From Schmidtea nova (Eukaryota), in NCBI GenBank assembly GCA_044892505.1, contig CM097882.1, positions 13,516,430 through 13,580,000 on the forward strand: a stretch of 63,571 nucleotides of DNA. The letters run 5' to 3'. Positions 11,234-21,134 of the stretch are shown piece by piece; positions within the stretch are counted from its first letter, which is position 1, and each line of letters starts with the position of its first letter. The notes under the pieces were generated by a model. That model was not told where the DNA came from. It searched no databases and saw only the letters and a program-made list of their open reading frames with translations. Made by a program: the position numbers and the translations under genes.

Positions 11234-11563
11234 TTACCCATTTCTTAAAGATGAGATTGCGCTTATTGCTGATAATACTATTGGAATTAATGTACCGAGA
11301 AACCCACCCTTTTGTTTATATATTATTTTTCGCATAAGATTTCTATTTTTGGTATTCACTAATGACAAAAGTGAATTTTTATGTTTTTGTAGTTCAATTT
11401 TCTTTGATCTACTAATATTTACATTACCATGAACAATAAATAAAACGACTTCAAGTAAATCATCAATAACAAAGGGTGGGAAAGCTTGTAAAATTATCAT
11501 TCGCTTATTTGTTGGAGCTTTAACCAAAGCATTAAAATACGGTAAACTACGTTCAAATTTCAT
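11234..11563 (-). CDS. pX (mu precursor)-like core protein
   Basis: C-terminal KQKGGFLGTLIPIVLSAI resembles the adenovirus pX xGGFLPALIPIIAAAI motif. Confidence 0.65.
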   Translation of the reverse strand: MKFERSLPYFNALVKAPTNKRMIILQAFPPFVIDDLLEVVLFIVHGNVNISRSKKIELQKHKNSLLSLVNTKNRNLMRKIIYKQKGGFLGTLIPIVLSAISAISSLRNG

Positions 11564-11593
11564 GATTAAGATTTTTGTGTATATTTATTTCGT

Positions 11594-11755
11594 TTATAAT
11601 TTTATCCACTTCTTTACTTGTTTCTTTCTTTTACCAATCTTTTTGACAACTTTTTTAACTAATTTAGATTTTTGATCAACTTTTTTAAGAAGTTTTTGAT
11701 CAGCTTTTTGAACAGCTTCTTTATTTAACTTGACAATTACTTTTTTAAATGACAT
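11594..11755 (-). CDS. Small Lys-rich basic protein (53 aa), putative DNA-condensing core protein
   Basis: Hand-translated: MSFKKVIVKLNKEAVQKADQKLLKKVDQKSKLVKKVVKKIGKRKKQVKKWIKL; fills the gap between ATPase and pX-like gene. Confidence 0.6.
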   Translation of the reverse strand: MSFKKVIVKLNKEAVQKADQKLLKKVDQKSKLVKKVVKKIGKRKKQVKKWIKL

Positions 11756-11776
11756 TATTATTTCATTTATTTGTTT

Positions 11777-12400
11777 TCAATTTTGTTTATAAACCGTGAC
11801 TCCTTTTTCGTTAAATATATCCGTTCGGATACGTAAATCATCAGGACATTGTTGAGTAAAATCAAAGAATAAATATCCATGAGGAACTTTAGTAGCATCT
11901 TGAAATGAATTAATTAAGAATTTCCTATCATTAAGGTAAGCTTGTCTTGCTAAAAAATCAATAATTGTAGCATCTCTTGGGTTTTTGAATATAACCAAGT
12001 ATTGAACATTTAAATTACGAGTTCTGTGACTACCACCTTGATGAAATAAATTTTGAGTAATGAAAATTACAGTAACTCCTAAATGTCTACTAATTTTTGT
12101 GAATAAATTATTAAAATCTTTTTCTTTATTTGCTTCTTGGTACAAATCATCGATAATTATAACATCGCCCTGACGTAATCTAGATGACCAGTTTTTATCA
12201 AACCCTTTTATAATTGTCATTTTTAATTTACAGAATTGATCTTGAGTCAGTCCATGTTCTTCATCAGCTCCTCTATGCCAGTAAATTTTATTGAATTTTG
12301 ATTTAAACATTTTTGATTGCAACAATTTACATACAAATAATGTTTTTCCACTACCACTTGGGCCCACTATTTGATAAACTGCATCATTTCTTAATTCCAT
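11777..12400 (-). CDS. A32/FtsK-like DNA packaging ATPase
   Basis: Walker A GPSGSGKT, Walker B IIIDD, RH...FITQNLF, YLVIFKNPRD. Confidence 0.92.
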   Translation of the reverse strand: MELRNDAVYQIVGPSGSGKTLFVCKLLQSKMFKSKFNKIYWHRGADEEHGLTQDQFCKLKMTIIKGFDKNWSSRLRQGDVIIIDDLYQEANKEKDFNNLFTKISRHLGVTVIFITQNLFHQGGSHRTRNLNVQYLVIFKNPRDATIIDFLARQAYLNDRKFLINSFQDATKVPHGYLFFDFTQQCPDDLRIRTDIFNEKGVTVYKQN

Positions 12401-12456
12401 TTTTATTTAATTAATTAATTAATTTAATATTGTTTATATTTATTCAATTTATAAAA

Positions 12457-12939
12457 ATGATAAGTAATATTAATTATAAGGGCAAGTGTTTAGTTCCAAA
12501 CATGATATTTCCTGTTGGAAAACCCCAGCAAGTTATAGATAGGAGCGGGAAGTACCCTATTTTATTTTTCAGATCGGGAAAATGCCGTGTAATGGGTTGT
12601 AAGCAACCGTTAAAACCAGATGATTTGAAATATAAAATTTCCGATTTAAAAATTCAATCGATCACTATAACATTGGATATGGGTAAATCCATAAATTTAT
12701 ACGAATTGCAAAATAAAACAGAGTGCTGGTACGAACCCGAAATATTTCCAGCTTTAAGATTAATAAATTATAACCCTATTTGTATTAATATTTTTTCAAG
12801 TGGAAAAGTTGTAATATTAGGAATTAAAACATTGGATTATTTTAATCAAGTAAATGAAATTAAAAATTATATTAATTCATTAATTAATAATGAATTAATT
12901 GATGAAAAATATCTCGATTTATTATTTAATTTTGTTTAA
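12457..12939 (+). CDS. TATA-binding protein (TBP)-like protein encoded by the element
   Basis: Two TBP half-repeats: LFFRSGKCRVMG and KIQSITITLD...YEPEIFPAL...IFSSGKVVILG. First ATG at 12457. Confidence 0.85.
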   Translation: MISNINYKGKCLVPNMIFPVGKPQQVIDRSGKYPILFFRSGKCRVMGCKQPLKPDDLKYKISDLKIQSITITLDMGKSINLYELQNKTECWYEPEIFPALRLINYNPICINIFSSGKVVILGIKTLDYFNQVNEIKNYINSLINNELIDEKYLDLLFNFV

Positions 12940-12974
12940 ATACATTGTTATTTTACAAATCCATATTTTTGAAA

Positions 12975-13360
12975 ATGTCTAAAAGTAAGTATTATTTTTA
13001 ATTAACTATATTATTAATATTTTTTATTTAGCTTATTTATTTGAAGTGGTCCTGAAGAAAATTCAAGAATTATATCCAAAAATAAAAGATTCTTTGGATT
13101 ATTGTGCGCCAGAGTTATTGGTTCATAAGATATACAAGCTTACTGGGATCAATATCGAACAATTGCTCGAGATTCACTACGATATGGTGCTAGGAGCTGG
13201 TGTCAAGTGCGTTGAAAATTGCATAGTTTGCAATGATTCACTAAGAGTATCCTGTGTAAACGGATGTGCATGCTGCCATGATTTTAAAAGAGATCATTCG
13301 GTGCATATCTTAATGTCAGAAATGCGTAAAGCATATTATAACGACATTTATAATTTATAA
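12975..13360 (+). CDS. Cys/His-rich viral ORF, two exons (intron 12985-13031)
   Basis: ATG TCT AAA A/gtaagt...tttag/CT TAT TTA TTT GAA GTG joins in frame to ORF 13046; CxxxCxxC...CxxxCxCCH. Confidence 0.7.
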
Positions 13361-14179
13361 TAAAGTTTTGTGATTTAGTTGTTCTTTATTTCATAATTTT
13401 TCAAAGTTTTGTGATTTAGTTGCTCTTTATTATTTTCAAAGTTTTTTCAAAGTTATTATTATTTTTCTAAGTTTTTTCAAAGTTTATTATAATTATNNNN
13501 NNNNNNNNNNNNNNNNNNNNNNNNNNNNNNNNNNNNNNNNNNNNNNNNNNNNNNNNNNNNNNNNNNNNNNNNNNNNNNNNNNNNNNNNNNNNNNNNNNNN
13601 NNNNNNNNNNNNNNNNNNNNNNNNNNNNNNNNNNNNNNNNNNNNNNNNNNNNNNNNNNNNNNNNNNNNNNNNNNNNNTATTATTATTCAAACTGACCAAA
13701 AAATATAAAAATAAATTTAAATTTAAATAAATTATTAAAAATAAATTAAAAATAAATATTAATTTAAATAAATTAANNNNNNNNNNNNNNNNNNNNNNNN
13801 NNNNNNNNNNNNNNNNNNNNNNNNNNNNNNNNNNNNNNNNNNNNNNNNNNNNNNNNNNNNNNNNNNNNNNNNNNNNNNNNNNNNNNNNNNNNNNNNNNNN
13901 NNNNNNNNNNNNNNNNNNNNNNNNNNNNNNNNNNNNNNNNNNNNNNNNNNNNNNNNNNNNNNNNNNNNNNNNNNNNNNNNNNNNNNNNNNNNNNNAAAAT
14001 AATAAATTAAATTGACTTCATTTAAACAAAAAATTAAAATTAAAAAATTCACTTCATTTAAACAAAATTAAAAACTAAAAATTCACTTAATTTAAACAAA
14101 ATAAAAAATTTTAAAAATTCACTTCATTTAAACAAAAAAAAATTTTTTTTTGGTTGGGGGGGGTAAAAATTTTTTTTAG

Positions 14180-14222
14180 GGGGGGGTCTGTTCCTGTTCT
14201 TGGGCGCTCCCCCTACTCTACT
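14180..14222 (-). repeat. Candidate right terminus of the Polinton
   Basis: Minus strand reads AGTAGAGTAGGGGGAGCGCCC, like the 5'-AG/AGT Polinton termini; partner TIR is outside the window. Confidence 0.35.
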
Positions 14223-15500
14223 TTTAAACAATTTACACTTTAAAAATGGCGCCAAAAATGCGCGATAACTCATATGGATCCAGACAGGAGACTGTCTCCA
14301 ACTCACACAGTGGCAGCTTTAAAGAAAAATAAAAATGAAAAATCCACAACAATGTCTGTAGTAAAATTATAATATTTTAAATTGATAAAACAATTTAAAA
14401 ATTTTAATATTTCCTCTTTTTAATATTACCTGAATAAACATTTAAATATAATTAAATTCTCTCATGCGTAACTTTTTAAAAATTTAATTACGTACAAATA
14501 TAGAATGTGTTCTCAATATTTCATAATTCTTATACGCAAGCATTTATGACCTCCATAACTTACTTGATAAGTCAACTCTTGTAGATCTGAGTTATAATAT
14601 GTGTCAGAGTAATTTTATTTAAAGAATATTTAGAAATCTTTTGTAAAGGTGTATGAAATAGACGCCAAAACGCCAAAACAAATCAAGGTGACAATCAACA
14701 AGCTAGAATTGTTACGTTACTTGTGTATTCTACTACGCATGTTACATTCGTTTATATAATATATTTGTATACACCTGTTTTCGTACAATAAAAGTTTCTT
14801 TAATATAAAAAATAAATAACCAATAGCAAATGATAACTTAAGTTGATGTTAACTGTTGATTTTTCGTAGTTTAAAAGTTGTATCATGTGAAAGACATTCT
14901 GTAAGAAAAAAAATAAAATATACAAACAAGCATAACACAATGAAAATTGCATGCAAACTTTTAAGAGTACTTTTTTAAATGTTTAAAAGTTCTATAATAA
15001 ATTTATTTATTTTTTAAATATGGTTTTTGGGTAAATATTGGCAATATTTCCTTGGGGAGTTGTCGAGATGTGGATAAATACCATCATAAGTTTTAATATA
15101 AAATTTGATATATTTCTAAAAATTATTTTGCAAAATTTTTCAGTTTTCAGTAGCCAAAAAATAATTTTATTTAATTATTTTCATATTATAGACAATTAAA
15201 CATATTTACACTAGATCATTTTGAAGTCTCTGATAATACAGGACAATAAAATTTGGCAATTCTTGAAATATAAAATTAAGCTTAATTAAATTATTTCTTG
15301 GAATATACAAAAAAAATATTTAAAAAATAGAAATAATTATAATAATTCTTAGTTAAAAATGATTTTTTAACTTAGGTTAAATGAAAATGTTAAAAAGTTA
15401 AAAAATCATGATTTCCTAGAAAGTATTTAAAAATTAAATAAAAATAAGTGTAGAACAAATATAATGGAAATATTCGGAGACTGATTAATTTCATTAATAA

Positions 15501-16644
15501 TGTTGGGCCAGCTAAAAAGAGGAAAAGGAGAAACAAAATAGTAATAATTAAAACAAAAAGAAAAACGCAGGCTAAGAAATTTAAATGTTGGATTTAAAAG
15601 CATAATAAAAAAATTTATAAATTGGGGAATAGAGTGCCCACGAGAAATTGTAAATAAATCATCACTTAATCATTTGTGTGAAGGAGCTAAAAGCAAATAA
15701 AATATTAAAAATTAAAAATTAAACAAAATAAGAGTACTTTTAATTGAATAATTGATCTAAAATTAGGACCACCAGGAGAGAATTGAACCTAAAAAATAAA
15801 AATTAATTAAGAAAAACAAAATAATAATGAGACCTACAGTGGAGGCGGCCAAACATGATTGGTCAGTCTAGACCAGACAGATCAGTATATATACTGATCA
15901 GAATTTAGTTAAAATCAGCGATCGATTTTTTTAAGTAACTTGAATTGAGTTGAATTTAACTTGGGTAGACTCAACTTTGAACCTGATTTACTACAACGTG
16001 ATTTTTGACAAATTTTGGGATACCGTCATTCAGACAGGCAAACTAGACTAGACAATAATTTAACCAGAATATTGGGGATCAAATTCGTAACCAGAAATTA
16101 GGTACTTTGGTTTTATGTGTGTTATTTTTATTGCTCTATGATTTGTGCCATAAATGTATTGTAATTATAATAATTTTGATGATATTATATTTGTTTTCTT
16201 AATAGTTTTTCATTCATTTAATCTATAGATATTAATGCGCCGAATGGAGCTACACGCTCCCAGGGTGTAAGTCCGAGTCATGGTGCTTAGAGGCTCCACA
16301 CCTGGTAGACAAATTGACAATATATATTTGAATAAAGTTTTCAGAGTTGCACATGGGACAATGAAAAGAAACTGCGAGAATTTCCACTAAATATGGTAAT
16401 AAGGGTACAAAGCAGCTTATTTTTCTAAGTGCAGAAACCACCTGACCCTGGTTAGATGCGAGATGAGTTATTAAAACTTACACAAAGTATTAGACCGAAA
16501 ACGTTCTTATACACAACATGCACCGAATTAATGTACCGCAGAGTAACTACAAACGATAAAATTTTCAACAGCAATTCCAAACAAATGAGTACATTTAGAA
16601 CAACAAGATTGTACAAAGATTTGAGACAGAGTAAACACCAGTAA
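15501..16644 (+). mobile_element. Possible old LTR (TGTTGGG start) followed by a degenerate gag-like remnant
   Basis: Start resembles the solo LTRs at 23806/47368; frame at ~16340 reads FQSCTWDNEKKLREFPLNM, gag-like. No clear LTR end or TSD. Confidence 0.25.
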
Positions 16645-16838
16645 TATTTTTGCTAACCTAGATCGACAGTTTTACATCGTAAACTCGACCCAATGCATAA
16701 GAGGAATGGACGTAATCTTAAATAAAATTTTTAATAGTAATAAAAGATTAACAATCTGAGCGAGGAGAGAGAATACTGAAATTATCAAATATGTTTCCTA
16801 AATTTTAAATGATTTTTCTTTGTGTCATTATCTAGAGA

Positions 16839-17246
16839 ATGTCAAATGTCAAGCTATTAAAAAGAAAGCCTAAAGGATAAAAAATGAAAGAAAATCAATG
16901 AAGGTGGGAAAACGGACAGCTCCAACGAAACCGAGTGCGAATCAGCCCTCTGAAACCAGCACCATTTGAAATTATCCAGCAAGTCCACCAAAGAATGTGG
17001 GCCTGGAGAAGAGAATTAGACACCGCTTGTCCATTTACAGTGTGGGATCATCGCCGCCACCATGTTTGGTATCGCGGACGTGTAAATTGGCCCATAATTC
17101 CGGGCGAAGAGTTCGAACGCTGGCATTCAGAATGGTTCATAATGATGCTGGATGAAAATGGATTTCCGAAATTTATCATATATTGGGGATATATTCCAGC
17201 AACCACGTGCAAAGAGCTGGGAATCGTTTTTAACAATGCGATCTGA
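16839..17246 (+). pseudogene. Trp-rich orphan ORF; upstream in-frame extension has two stops
   Basis: ATG 16839 and ATG 16884 are in frame with ORF 16935-17246 but separated by TAA (16878) and TGA. Confidence 0.35.
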
Positions 17247-17504
17247 CCACTTCGAGGAGCCAAGAAGGAACGTTTGAAAAGTTCTACCGGCTCCTCAAAC
17301 GAATTCAAAGCCAATATGCAAATACATGCCATATTTTCCTATCGGGGAAAAATGTCCATCGAATAATTTAACTTAATAAATGTATTAGTTGATGAGAGTG
17401 TTTCTTTTATCTATTTTGTAGCAATTAATCCCAATTAATTAAAAATTTATAAATCGTAAAGTTATAATGATAAAGTTTCAATAAACATATACTATTCAGC
17501 CTAA

Positions 17505-17729
17505 ATGACTTCCTTCGAAAAATCAAGGAAATTTGCCAATCAAGCCCAAGAACGACAGTTGAGAGACCAGCAAAGACAGATCAAGCAATTCACTGTCGCT
17601 AATGAAGAACTTAAGACTCGTTGGTTTTCTCCCAATCAAATGAAGATCCAACTGTCGAAAATGACCAGACTGCAAGAAGCATTGACTGAGACCAAGAAGG
17701 AACTCGATGCAGTACAACGAGAGCTTTGA
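17505..17729 (+). CDS. Orphan coiled-coil ORF (74 aa)
   Basis: ATG start, heptad-like Q/E/L/K content. Confidence 0.4.
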   Translation: MTSFEKSRKFANQAQERQLRDQQRQIKQFTVANEELKTRWFSPNQMKIQLSKMTRLQEALTETKKELDAVQREL

Positions 17730-18076
17730 ATTGCCTAAATTCGGTGACGAAGACCTATATAGATACCGAATTGCGTCCAATTACGGCTCAGCAATGGACA
17801 AAGGGTCAATACCGTGAGATTGTTGCAGGAACGGAGAACGAAATTATCATGGCTCCAAGCCCGGTCGTGGAAGTTCCCTCCCCACCCCACCATGTCCAAC
17901 TGGAGCAAGAAATCTCTGCAAAGGTGGTTCACCAAACCCGGAAGAACCGATTGGGATCGCGACAAAGACGTCGTCGCCGAGAATTTGCTCAGCGAATGAA
18001 CATACAAATAGATCGGTTAAATATGTTAACAGAATTAGAGTTGATGAACGAAATTGACTTGGATTTTCTAAAATAA
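17726..18076 (+). CDS. Orphan ORF with Arg-rich motif (116 aa, TTG start)
   Basis: RKNRLGSRQRRRRREFAQR; overlaps the previous stop by 4 nt. Confidence 0.35.
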   Translation: MNCLNSVTKTYIDTELRPITAQQWTKGQYREIVAGTENEIIMAPSPVVEVPSPPHHVQLEQEISAKVVHQTRKNRLGSRQRRRRREFAQRMNIQIDRLNMLTELELMNEIDLDFLK

Positions 18077-20243
18077 AATATTGAAGTTGCTGTTTTCTAA
18101 AATAATAAAATATTTTCTAGTTAATGAGTTATTGATTGAGTTCGGTGTTGTCTCTCCTCGTACAAATTACGTACATAAAAGTTGAATGAACAGAAATAAA
18201 TTGAATTAAAAATCGTGTTCCACATAAGTTTACTCCATACGATCAATAAAAAACCCAAAGATTCGGAAAGAGATTATTAAAAGCATAGGTACATTCAACA
18301 CATAAATAAAGATCACCGCGAAATCGATTTAATTATTCGTAAGATAAAATTATCAACCAAAATTAAAGTGCGAAAGATTTATTAGAAAGTGTTTTCAGAC
18401 AATGGAGCGTGTAAAGATTAAAAATTAATTTTGACGAATATTGAGACGAATAGAAATAAAATTAAATACGAGTAAGACCTTCTATCGGCAGCACGGGCCC
18501 AAGGGAAGATAAATGGGGAGTAGTTCTGGTAACAGAGCTCACCTGCCCATCATTTTTCAACCACCGTGTGCAAAACCAACTTGACTAATAGGGAATAGTC
18601 AAGGGCATACGCGTGTCGACTGTCATTTTATGCAAGGTTGTGGGTGAGGGATCCCTAGGACTCAACATTTTAAATATTCACAAAATACCCACCCGCAACC
18701 GCAGAAATAAACTATTGTTAAAAACTATTTTTACTTAAGTTTAATGTAAAATACTTCCAAAAAAGTTCATAAAATATCATATTTTTCTAAAAAGCTAATA
18801 AATATAAAATCAAAATAATATTGAAGAATATAAATAACTTTCAAAGCTTCTTTAGCGATCTTATATCATTGTAAGATCAAAATAGAAACATTAAAAGATA
18901 TCTTATTAAATAAACTTACCAGATAGCCATTTTTTAAAAATGGCTAAATGAATAAATAAAAAATTTAACAAAGTAACTATGAGTAACAAGTAGATGTCCA
19001 CACTAACTTGTATCATAGTTACTTTTAAACTATGAAGATCGGTGTATATAGTCCGAGTTTACTGTCAATAAACAACTGAATGTCACATTGTATGCATCAC
19101 ATTTTATTTATTTTCTTGTATATCGAAAGTAACTATTGTACTTTATTTTCCCTAAAAGAGCGCCGTTTTTTGATGAATGTGCTGCAGGCGGAGATACAAC
19201 TCGTCTTGTTCCCCCTTAGCAGTGCCTCCGTGTAAACTCGCTAGCTCATTTGATAATTGTGTTTATCAATGTAATGTCAAAGTGGTGAATGCATAGGAAA
19301 GAGTGTAATCCTAGCTACATTTTGTTATGTTGAAAAGAATAAAAGACATAAAGACAATAAAGCTTATATAATGTTACTCACCGTTTGCAATTTCGCCCTG
19401 TTGGTCTGCTTGATTTGCTTGAGCATGAGAAGTTAGACCAAGAGAAGCAACTGAAGAAGTGGTCCCCACACGAACAGAACAAGAACAGTAAACCAGCAGT
19501 GTTTTTTGTGGCTTTGACATATGGTTTATCCAAAGCAACACGTTAACTTTTTATAATATACAAAGTTGCAACACTTACTCTTATAGATCACAATGCCTTG
19601 CAATGAATGCCAGCTGTCACACTGTAGTAACATGGTATACACTTGCATAGACAATACATACACCGCAAGCTAGCCAATCCTGGAAGAAGTTATAAGTCGA
19701 TCATTGATTGGTTTCAAAGTGACATTATAAGTCTGCGCGTGTATGAGAAGGGCTATAGTGTTAAAAAAGTACATTCGAAAGTACATAAGAAAGGTTGTAT
19801 TACAATAGAAGCGGTGAGTGGTGAATGCAGAAGCCTGAGATGTCGATTTAGAAAACAGAAAATTTATTGCAAACAGCAGCGTTTGCCATCATAGTAGAAA
19901 AATAAGCACCTAAACTTTTTTAAGACATCTCGGTTTGGGGGGCATTTTTATTTTCAGGAGGGGCATTGCCCCAAAATGCCCCCTGTGGTGCCGGATCCGT
20001 TTGAGGCGTACGTTGCTTCAAACAGGTCAAACTAAATATTTTGTTTAGCTAATAAATTCTCCCAGGAATATGTAAAAATAATATCTTTTGTTAGGAGGGA
20101 AACCTATATACAAGAGAATTGTATTCTTGTGTATTTGCCCAAAATTATGAATGATTGCTTAGTTCTGTCGTTTTTATCTCATCCCAATTCAATAAGCATT
20201 GCGACATTAATAGAGAAATGAAGTCAACATTATGCAATATTAT

Positions 20244-21134
20244 TTACAAGTGAAATCGTAAAACATACAATCTGAAAGTTTTTATCAAAACAATATAGAC
20301 AAGTGGATTTATGGCTGTCAAATATACGCTCAAAATTGATAAAACGTCGCCCAGATCTCTAGTGAAGGAGATTCTAGGATTATAAAGTGAAACTGTAACT
20401 AATGAAAACGAAATAAAAGAGACGAGCCCATAGAAAAAACTTGAGATACAGTTCGCTAGTGAAAACCTAACGTAGAGACGTTTTCTAGATGATATTTCCA
20501 GCTGCATATCTTTAATGATTTTCTTTCGGATGTTTCGGAACAAAATCACACTCGAAATGGCGTTTAGAATGAAAAGCAAAATGAAAGGAATCAAGTAAAC
20601 GAAGACGATATTAAACATAGTATACCGCAAATCATTCCAACATCGCCACTTAGTTTCATTATTTGAGGAGGTTTTGGCCTCAATTCGTACCCCAAAGAAG
20701 TTCACAGCATTTATCAATGCAACTATCCCCACTGAAATAAGAAATATTCCCCTAAGCTTCGACTTTTCAATCATTTGATAATGAAACGGAAAGACGATAA
20801 AGGTAAATCTGTCAACAGAAAGAAAGACCATTGAGATGATATTGAACAATGAAGGATACCAAAATAGAATCATGGTCTGCCAGATGTAGCAGTAAAACAT
20901 CACGTAGTCCTTCGGTAACGATTCATTCAAGTTCTTTTCTTTGAAGTTCATCAAAAGTAACACGACTATTGATATGATGGAGGAAACAGTCTGGAATTTG
21001 ATTATGAAATTCGTGCATAACGACGCAAAACAATGACACCTGATGAAGGTTAACAATCTCAAATTAAGGATTAGTATCATCCCCATACAGATGCAATGAA
21101 ATATAAAAAAATGTAATATTAATGAAAAAGTCAA
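20244..21134 (-). CDS. Class A (rhodopsin-like) GPCR, 5' end probably on an upstream exon
   Basis: Multiple hydrophobic helices, SVDRF (DRY-like), AINPLVY (NPxxY); AG just upstream of the frame. Confidence 0.85.
   Translation of the reverse strand: MTFSLILHFFIFHCICMGMILILNLRLLTFIRCHCFASLCTNFIIKFQTVSSIISIVVLLLMNFKEKNLNESLPKDYVMFYCYIWQTMILFWYPSLFNIISMVFLSVDRFTFIVFPFHYQMIEKSKLRGIFLISVGIVALINAVNFFGVRIEAKTSSNNETKWRCWNDLRYTMFNIVFVYLIPFILLFILNAISSVILFRNIRKKIIKDMQLEISSRKRLYVRFSLANCISSFFYGLVSFISFSLVTVSLYNPRISFTRDLGDVLSILSVYLTAINPLVYIVLIKTFRLYVLRFHL

Larger units (their letters stand above)
1..14222. mobile_element. Endogenous Polinton/Maverick (adintovirus-type) element; left end outside window
   Basis: Clustered pPolB, adenain, major capsid, two minor capsid, integrase and packaging ATPase genes. 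Right boundary tentative (G-rich tract then ...ctactctact at 14213-14222). Confidence 0.93.
16761..18160 (+). mobile_element. TIR-bounded ~1.4-kb unit carrying three orphan ORFs
   Basis: cgaggagagagaatactgaa (16761-16780) versus reverse complement of 18141-18160 cgaggagagacaacaccgaa: 17/20 identical. Confidence 0.45.

Noticed and set aside
13493-14052. ORFs containing X runs (also 26299-27974 and 29223-29895)
   Set aside because: Artefacts of N gaps.
18480-18700. GC-richer structured segment, possible ncRNA or LINE end
   Set aside because: Only a short hairpin and no recognisable family motif.
19376-19540. Possible minus-strand exon ending in a GTGAG donor
   Set aside because: No recognisable protein and no linked exons.
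19925-20000. GC-rich transposon-end-like motif (gggggcattgcccc...ccggatccg)
   Set aside because: No partner TIR or TSD found.
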